Shown here in pieces: positions 21,706 to 29,268 of a stretch of 29,268 nt of DNA. The notes beneath the pieces were generated by a model. That model saw only the letters and a program-made list of their open reading frames with translations. It made no database searches and was not told where the DNA came from. The DNA is from Macrostomum lignano (lineage: Eukaryota): positions 24,815 through 54,082 of the forward strand of contig NIVC01004228.1 in NCBI GenBank assembly GCA_002269645.1. The letters are read 5' to 3'. Position 1 is the first letter of the stretch. Each line of letters opens with the position of its first letter. Made by a program: the position numbers and the translations under genes.

Positions 21706-23829
21706 CTTACTTGTAATAGCATATGGAGGATTCGGGAATCCGACAGGCTGGGGGCGGAACGATTAACAGTTGGAGGATTCGGGAATCCGACATCTTCTCT
21801 TCAGCCTTTTGGCTTCCGAACAATGATGGGTGAGCTGGCTGTTGGTTCATCATGATCAACATGATCATCATCATTAGAGACATTTTTCTCAATTTAACTT
21901 GTATAAAGTTGTATAAAGGTTTTTGCTGTTTTCTTAGATCCTTTCCGCTGACACCAAGGTTGTTGTAGGGCTATCTTCTTAGTAAAGTCTTGATCTCAAT
22001 GATGCCACCAAAGTTGTCGCAGCTTTCCCACCGCTTCTACCAAAGTTGTTGTAGATCTTATATATGATTAATTTCTCAATAGATCTTTTAAATTTGCATA
22101 AAATTATGGCCCTTTTAGACTCTAGAAATGGTAGCATATGGTAGCGTATCTATCTCAATTATGGTAGCGTATTTATGTCAAATGACCGAGTTTTTAGTTA
22201 CATATTTATTTCATATAATATAATATTTATTTCATACATTTCACTAAGGTATTTATTATTAAGCTTGTTAGGCTGATCTGGTTTGTAATATTCAGTCCGC
22301 TTTTAAGGCGTTACCAATGATCTAAGGATTACAGCTTTTCTTCTATATATATATATATCTCTCTCTCTCTGAAAATGAATAACTCCTTTAGAAAGCACAC
22401 TTGAGTCTTTTCTACATGTATTTCAATGTTTTCACATTGTGAAGAGTTGATTCGGGAGGTGATCAGTCTCCCGAAAACTCCCACTTCCAGACACTTAAGC
22501 CTGGGAACAAAATCAGTGATCACTTCCTGTTGCGGGCTCCTCTTCTTTGTCGCGCGCGTCTGTAGAGCTCGTCTCCGTAGAGCTGTTCCTCCCGGGGTAG
22601 TCTTCTTGAAGTCTAGAGTCGGCCGAAAGTGAGAGCGTAACAATTAAATCGACGTCGCAGTATTTCTTCGGGTGCAGAATTCGATGTATTCCTCGAGTGC
22701 ATAAATCAATATCAACGATGCGCCCTTATAATAAAATCAACTTTCTATAATAAAACGAGGTCCTCCAAGAAGGGCGTCTTCTTCTAGAAATAACGGAATC
22801 GGAGTCGTGTGCTCCTATCGGTTAATCTAGGATAAACAAAATCAATCAATCGATAATCCTCTAAGGGTATCGGAATCGGTCCGCAGATCCTATCCAATCC
22901 CTTAGGAAAACGGGAGGTCTCAAATTCGATGAATTCAGTCAAATCGACTGGACAGTAACAGCCGACTATGAATCGCTCTCAAATCAATAACAAAGGCTCG
23001 AGCAACGGCTCACCAATTGGTTTACTTCTCTCTCAGAGATGTAGCCTCGCTTAGCTGTTCCAGCAAGCTCCAAGATCTTTAAGAGGCTGCTCCGAGTCTA
23101 AGATTTCAGCTCGGATTTTTCGTTTATATTTATACACAATTTGTCGGCCTTGAGTCGGCCTTGAGCTCAAAACCGGTTTTTTTGATGAGTTCACGAAAAG
23201 AATTTTAATATTTGACAGGTGAGGTTTTTGAATAGAAATGGGTGAGACTTGGGTTACATTCAGGTTAACATTTACCATATTTGGGAGTTCTAAAAATAGA
23301 TGTCGAGAACCGGTTTTTCGGACAATAGCGTAGTCACTCGCTGTTTGCGTGATATTACTGGTATTACTATAAATAGAGTATGACGCATAGCTATTTTTAA
23401 ATTTGTGTTCATAATTTTATCTTACTACTTCTAGTACGCTACCATGTTTAGAGATCTCTACAATTGCCAGCACTGTAGGGTTTGTTTTTCTCTCTACTTC
23501 TACTCGTGTATTTATAGTCTTTCTCCTTCTATTTTAGTAAAACAAAGGGGTAGCATGAGATTATTCGGTGCATTAAAACAATATGGAAATTGTTCGTTGC
23601 AGATAAACAAAATGGAAATTGTTCGGTGCAGATAAACAAAAATGTGACGGTTTCCTAGACATAGATTTAAAAATGAAAAACGTAGCAATTTTCTTTTGTA
23701 TCTACATCAACTAATTACCTCCCTTAACAAACTTTTTTGAACAATTAGTGAGAAAAATTTGCGGAAGGCATTCAGGACACAATCAAATGCTTAGAAACAG
23801 TAATATGACATTTACAAAAGTCTGGTAAG

Positions 23830-24197
23830 GTAACTCGCTTTATAAGCAACAGGAACAGAAATGAAATCGCCAACATATGTTTAAAATGCCGAAGCTTTTC
23901 GTCCTAAGCGGACATCGTCAGGGTCGATTTATTGAAAAACGAAAACACAGGTGTTTAAAAGTAGGTTTTTGTGCATTGTGAGTTAAAGTCCGATGGACAG
24001 GTCAAAAGGCGAACCATGATCAAGAGGTTGGAGAGGAACGCACACACAGCGCAGAGAGAGAGAGCGTGCCTCATACGTCAGAACACTTGGAGCTGTTGGC
24101 TTGCACCGTTCCCCGCTAATTGGACATTAAGGTTTGGCTTGAGGGCCTTGATGTACAAGGCTTCAAGATTGGTCAGTTTGTAATCTTGCCTTTTATT
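23830..24197 (-). mobile_element. Penelope-like element 3' fragment (GIY-YIG C-terminus plus ribozyme-bearing repeat)
   Basis: Minus-strand QDYKLTNLEALYIKALKPNLNVQLAGNGASQQLQVF* (stop 24078-24080) matches the E-A-x-x-I...K-P-x-L-N tail of PLE endonucleases; a hammerhead lies ~150 nt downstream. Confidence 0.82.
23882..23930 (-). ncRNA. Minimal type I hammerhead ribozyme
   Basis: Minus strand CC-CUGACGA-U-GUCC-GCUUA-GGAC-GAAA-AGCU-UC-GG: intact core, 4 bp stem II, palindromic AAGCUU stem III, predicted cleavage between 23891 and 23890. Confidence 0.85.
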
Positions 24198-24928
24198 ACG
24201 CTTAGTATAGTTACATAGAAGGTAGTTATATAGCAAAGCTATATAACAGCAAAGCTATATAACTACTTGCTATATAACTATACTAAGCGTCTATTTCTGC
24301 AGTGTAGCGTAGATCCTCCCTATTAAATTGGACTATCGAGCCTAATTAAACTGAAAGAACATGCTCTTAGAACACGGAGCATGCGCCGATTAGCCTATGA
24401 TGCGCTCCTCGTGCATGCTCAGAAATCGTTTCCTCAAAATTGAAAACTGACTTCTGTACTACTGTACAAAACACAACTGAGATTTATATTATCAGGAAGA
24501 AGACTTCCAGGCGCGTCATCTGAAATAAGTTTTTTAACTCGCTAAATCATATAGAACCGCAAAATTAGTCGAGTTAAATAATTGTCTTACTTTTTGTACA
24601 GGTTCAACATCTGAAGCAAACTCAACAAAACGTGCAAAAATGTGCGCTTTAATGTGGAGCTGCGTTCTTAAATGATTCGTTAAATAGACGCGTGAACATC
24701 ATGCGAAAACAGTTCATTTAAAATTCGACGCCCTGTTTCTCAAAAATGTACCTATTGTTTTCATATGATCTTATGAGAAAGTAAAATTTATCTATTTGCC
24801 CTCATTTAAAGCCAACAAATCAAAAATCGTGTGTTAGGATTCCTTATTTTCGAAGTTTAAAAATTGTACAGCATTTTTGCTCGTATACACCTTGTACAGG
24901 TACAAAGTACGCAATCCCGTGTACATAT

Positions 24929-25291
24929 TGTAGTATCCTTGCAAATAACGAACACTGCAGAGGCTCCGTGTAGTAGAGTTATAGTTGAAACGGATGTGCG
25001 CCGATAGCAAGCACTCGGCAGTAGATTTGTTTGAAGCGTGTATTTGTAGTAGTCTGGGCTAGCAATAGTAGCTGGAGGACCCCAAAGGAGTCTTGGTTAT
25101 GACTGCGCGTGGAGTTTCTATTTATAGGCGGGAGCGCGAGGGAGAACTTTCCAGAAGGATACCATACATGGCACGCGCGCACACGAGAGAAGGGTCGAGA
25201 AGATTCTGGAATAAACAAATGAACTCACGCATTATAACAAATGAGGGAAGTTTCTAGAAACTTCCAGAATAATTGCACGATCGCCATAACA
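24929..25291 (-). mobile_element. Solo LTR, 363 bp
   Basis: TG...CA ends (TGTAGTAT...CCATAACA) flanked on both sides by a 5 bp TSD CATAT (24924-24928, 25292-25296); TATAAATAG on the minus strand at ~25128-25136. Orientation is inferred from the TATA box only. Confidence 0.88.
25143..25270. promoter_or_regulatory. Three heat-shock element arrays (alternating nGAAn) inside the solo LTR
   Basis: aGAAc-tTTCc-aGAAg (25143-25157); aGAAg-aTTCt-gGAAt (25198-25212); gGAAg-tTTCt-aGAAa-cTTCc-aGAAt (25246-25270). Confidence 0.8.
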
Positions 25292-25840
25292 CATATCCTC
25301 AAGTGTCTAAGTGTCCCGTGTACATTACCTTGTTGGAAAGAGAATCTAGGTAGCTGTTTAATGCCACCAAGCTTCTGCTTGATCTTGCGCCGTTCAAAAG
25401 TTGTGCGTCAGTGTTGAAAATGGGTCGAAATGCAGGTGCAAAATTTTGAGGTTTTTTCAAACCCTGCTCGGCACGAGTATATCGTATAGGCGTCAAAGTA
25501 TACCAAACCGTTACCACATATGCTGGCAACAATTATGCACGAACCACTAAGCTGCACCATAAAAGGTACAATTAATTGTTTGTTAGTGGCCAGCAAAGGA
25601 GTAAAAAAAGACACGTTTCTCGACCTTCAAGCCGGAAATATTCGATACAATGTATGTAAACAAAGAAGAACTATTTACGCAACACCTAAATGATTGCAAG
25701 GACATGCGTTGTGAAGCACAAAAAGTGTTACTTCTACATCAGGTAAGCCTTGAAAGTGCACCTTTAAAAATGTACTTTTACAGTACACTTGTACTTTTGT
25801 AAAACAGGTGTACGATTCGAAATTTTTATATCTTGATCAA

Positions 25841-26025
25841 ATAGCCCGCGGTGTCCTCATTGTACCCCTACAAGCTCAAATTCGACGTATTCGACCTTTT
25901 CGCTGCCCTGCAACAAACTAAAAAAATGAAAATTTTTGCAACTTAAAAAATACATTTTTCACATTTTATACCGAAAAGTGCAAATGCACCAAAAATCATT
26001 ATTGTGTCTAGACATCGCGGGCTAT
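25841..26025. repeat. 15 bp imperfect inverted repeat, possible MITE relic
   Basis: ATAGCCCGCGGTGTC (25841-25855) and GACATCGCGGGCTAT (26011-26025), 14/15 complementary. Confidence 0.4.
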
Positions 26026-26248
26026 ATCGTGAAAATAATCGTCAATGTGCTGCCCCGGAATAAGTAGTCTATGGCCGAATTTGTGCCAGGAAAGTAAACG
26101 GATATGTAACGTATATATCCGTTAAAAACAGATTTAACCATTGATGAACTATAGATCGATTGAACGTAGGTTTTGTCATTAATATTATTACCAAGGACAC
26201 ACTAAGCAATTCGTCCACTGCTTATAGCTATTCACCGCTTTCATACAG

Positions 26249-27695
26249 TCACAAGAAGAAGCTAATTTTAGCACCATCCTTCTCCAAAGTTGCGATTGGG
26301 TTGCGCGACGGACCAGACTCGTTGGTCCCTGATTCACGGCGTTCGATTGCAAGCACCTTTGACGTAGTAGTCTCGTGGTGCAAACCTGCCGTGAGACTGC
26401 GAGAAACCTGGATCTTCCTTTTCTCAGAGATGCGTTTGGTGTACCGGCCGACGGATTCATCGTGGCGATGGCCTACAAATAAGCGGGAGAATAAATCTAG
26501 AATCTTAAGTTATGTGAAATAGGATACATTTTTTCATATTTAGCGCGCTACTGACCTGTAACAGCCTTGATTTCTTCCATGGAATGACCAGCTTCAGCCA
26601 GGTTCGTCTCGGTCGTAGTTCTGACGCAATGGTTGGTGTAGACGGCTCAGTCCGGCACGCTCAGAAATTTTCTTCATCATCTCGTTTAGCATGTTCGTGC
26701 CAAGAACGCAGGTTGAGGACTACCAATTTTCTGATCCAGGTTTGATCTTGAGAGGTTTCGGAAAAAGCACACTGACCTGCTGTGGAACCTTAGATAGGTA
26801 CATCTCCACGGCTGCAACAGGGCATCGGGCATCGTCGGTTGCGAAAAGACGAAACTGTTTGCCGTCCGTCCAATCCCTCTCGGTGATTGTTTTCTCAGCT
26901 CCATCCTTGACCAGATCGACACACTTGACGCCGTTCTCTGACGAGACAATCAGGTCTGACTTCTTCAGAGCTCGGATCGACTCTCTGCCACGGAAGCCAA
27001 AGTGGTACATAACCAAAAAGAAGATCTCGTCTTGAAGCTTCTGTGGATTACTTTTATCAAAGTACCCGCACAGCTTGTCCATATCGCTAGCGGTGATAGC
27101 CCGATACCCAAAGCTGTCGCCAATTGACCGCAGCATGCCGTTGTACGTTTGATTACTACGGCGAAATACGTCATCTCCGATCAAGTTTGTTCCACGAACA
27201 TCCCGAAGGTAGCGATGAATACTCGCTCGAAAACAGCGCAACCTGTCGGGAGCGTAATAGCGCTCGCCATCTTGATCAACAATCTTGAGGTTCACATACC
27301 ACAGTCGCAAATAACTATCCACATACCGCAGCGGCATTATTTGTATAGATTTCATCCGGTAGATTTCTCCCCCGTAGAAACTCTTTCAGGCGAGAAACGT
27401 GCAGTTTTGTCTGGGCCACGGTTGCGGCAGATTTGAAGTCCTCCTCCACCTTTGAAATCAAGGCCAAATCAGCTTGATCCAGCTCCACCGGTGTTGTTTC
27501 CATGCTAGTGACCTCCTCGGAGTCTAGCTCAGTCGAAAATTTATCCAGAAATTCACTGTCCTCCAGTGAAACTCCAGTGTATTGGTTGATTACGCCAGGC
27601 GCATCTAGGCTCATCGACAGCCGAGAGACGAACTCGTATTCCTGCCGTTCGAGCCCGGCGATTTCTCCCTCGGCAATTCTTGCTAAATTTATCAT
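26249..27695 (-). pseudogene. Crypton-type tyrosine recombinase gene, near full length, one intron, three lesions
   Basis: ATG 27695; YAPDRLRCFRASIHRYL; LQDEIFFLVMYHFGFRGRE (catalytic R); CPVAAVEMYLSK; YTNHCVRTT (HxxR); GT-AG intron 26555-26473 inside VTG|HRHDESVGRY (H and Y); stop 26249-26251. Frameshifts at ~27340 and ~26641 and TAG at 26720-26722. Confidence 0.88.
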
Positions 27696-28185
27696 GTTGG
27701 CTTGCAAAGCGAGCAGAAGAACTGCAAAGACTTGAATGATTGTTAAATGAGAATGAAAATCAGAACTGAAAGAGCTCAGATAGCAGGATTCAGATTCTCG
27801 AAAAACTTGTCTATGGCTTCGCCCCCACACCCAATTTGTACTCAGCCTCGCAGCGGGCCGAAATGACGATTCGGCCCGGGAATTTTGTCTGCCTAAACCT
27901 GCCTAGCCCGGCATCTGGAGCGGGCCGAAATGAAATTATTATGGCCCGCGAATTCGACACAATATAGATATTTCTACCCCATTTGGCCGCTCCATATATA
28001 TCTATGGTTCAATGCAACAATCCTTTCTTTGGCCCGGCCAAAGAAACAGCGGTCCGGGCCAGAGAAATCAACTCAACAACAGTGTATTTATTATCAGAAA
28101 GTGATGTAATAAAACAACATTAACAATGCAATATTAAAGGAAGGAATTTTTTACGATGCTGTATTTTGTCACTTCAATCATTCAA

Positions 28186-28704
28186 TCATTCGAAATACGA
28201 GTAGATGCTCACTTTGTTTGTATCGCCACACACCTCCAGGCGCATTCTCTTCACCCTTGGTCGACCACTGCCAACGCCACCGTCCATCTCGTCTCCAGCC
28301 CCGGCCGGCTCGGTTTTTGCTGCACTTTCCGGTTTCGTTTCAGCAGCTGCAGATCCAGCTAGGATGGCGCTGAAAGTTTTCTCTTGACTCATTGAGATGC
28401 CAATGTAGCGCTCTAAAGCGTTGCTACTGTGCCCGGTCACACGTGCTATGTCAGCTCGTTGCACGCCAGCCTCGTTCAGGGTGGTAGCGCAGGTCTTGCG
28501 TAGACTTTGATTCGTGTAGCGTGTACCATCACCAGGCGAAACATCGTTCACTAAAGTCTTGACAGTGTCAGCCAGGGTATGCCGTCTCATTGGCGTCCGC
28601 ATAAACCACTCGGCGCGGCTGTCTGGCTTCCACTGACGATTGCATGACAAGATAAGAGCTTCATGGCACTCACGTGGCCGACGCGCGCAGTAGTCCGTGT
28701 ACAC
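28186..28704 (-). pseudogene. Second, divergent Crypton-type tyrosine recombinase, C-terminal half only
   Basis: EWFMRTPMRRHTL...RYTNQSLRKTCATTLNEAG...IARVTGHSSNALERY; AATAAA on the minus strand at 28087-28092; 5' part lost at the adjacent MITE. Confidence 0.82.
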
Positions 28705-28706
28705 AC

Positions 28707-29040
28707 AGACTAGAGTGTGACAAAAAACAGCTAGCCATTAGTTCGTTCCTAAGCTGTTGGATTGCTTGGCAAACCGGAAGTCAATCGATGCCGACTAATA
28801 GGGGGCCTATTGAATTGTCATCCTCAGAGATCTCAGATGTGTTAAGCCGATAAGAGGTCTCTGCTGGTAGCTCGTTTGCTATTACAGACGACGAAGGCCC
28901 TGAATTGTGAGCATAATTCCCAAGCATCTCTTAAAGTATTCAAAGTGGTGACATACGAATTTACTTAAAATTATGAGGACACTGAATGTTAGGAACGATC
29001 ATTCCAATGGCTAGCTGTTTTTTGTGTCACACTCTAGTCT
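28707..29040. mobile_element. MITE with ~33-35 bp terminal inverted repeats
   Basis: AGACTAGAGTGTGACAAAAAACAGCTAGCCATT (28707-28739) and its reverse complement with a 2 nt insertion (29006-29040); subterminal TCGTTCCTAA/TTAGGAACGA; no TSD identified. Confidence 0.8.
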
Positions 29041-29226
29041 CTTCCAAGGAATTTTACCTTAATGACCAGCGTTTTCGAAATCTTTGCTAGTCTTTTTTCC
29101 GGCAGCAGGAGCCTCAATGATTTTGCATCTTTACCTGATGAAGCACATTGAGCACTGGTAGCACATGCTGTACTGGAGCCTGCAGCACTTACAGAAAATA
29201 CAAACAAACAAATGCAGGCACATATA

Positions 29227-29268
29227 CGAGGGGTGTACTGAAAGTTTTGAGATGCAACAAAACCAAAA
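29227..29268 (+). mobile_element. Probable left end of a mariner-type element (runs off the window)
   Basis: TA|CGAGGGGTGTACTGAAAGTTTT resembles mariner TIR starts; the other end is not visible. Confidence 0.4.

Larger units (their letters stand above)
19612..21745 (+). mobile_element. Internally deleted, 3'-truncated BEL/Pao LTR retrotransposon
   Basis: Putative LTR from TGTCGG at 19612 (TATAAA ~19800, AATAAA ~19817; end probably TACCACA 19867); PBS 19899-19916; gag with DUF1759-like LQTFDGNFPAFWSSF...DKFETLRGLL...AYKEARRILELNYG; protease tail DLLIGNDY...GAILSGS; Pao RT start DGRFSVALPFK...VLPHFPVVKESSNTTKIRPVVDA. No integrase or 3' LTR. Confidence 0.88.

Noticed and set aside
22330-23300. 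~1 kb that looks like decayed coding sequence on the minus strand
   Set aside because: All frames are broken and I recognise no motif; it needs TBLASTX/HHpred before any call.
26097-26123. AACGGATAT-9 nt-ATATCCGTT inverted repeat downstream of recombinase 1, possible other terminus
   Set aside because: The spacer is longer than typical YR cores and it shares no sequence with the GGCCC palindromes; cannot be tied to the element from one copy.
29041-29220. Continuation of recombinase 2 beyond the MITE
   Set aside because: Joining the flanks gives a stop and no CP or RGRE motif, so the 5' half is absent here.

Overview
Eukaryotic (metazoan) genomic DNA. GC-rich exons, TTAGGG-type repeats and repeat-packed introns resemble the flatworm Macrostomum, but that is inference only. 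Bases 1-15698 (+) hold the 3' part (~1,910 codons, 15 exons, starting before the window) of a DNA-PKcs/PRKDC gene: ABCDE autophosphorylation region, FAT, PI3K-like kinase and FATC. All 14 introns are GT-AG and keep the reading frame, and nearly each is filled by its own micro- or minisatellite. Intron 8 also carries a tRNA-derived SINE and an antisense decayed C-type lectin gene. Bases 15.7-29.3 kb are a transposon-rich tract: a TA-flanked MITE, a 1.6 kb (TGTC)n array, an internally deleted BEL/Pao retrotransposon bracketed by 43 bp inverted repeats, a Penelope-like 3' end with a hammerhead ribozyme, a solo LTR with a 5 bp TSD and three perfect heat-shock-element arrays, two divergent tandem Crypton-type tyrosine recombinase genes separated by GGCCC-rich palindromes, a second MITE and a probable mariner end. 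Most supplied ORFs are artefacts of repeats or antisense GC-rich exons. All family assignments come from remembered motifs; no searches were run.
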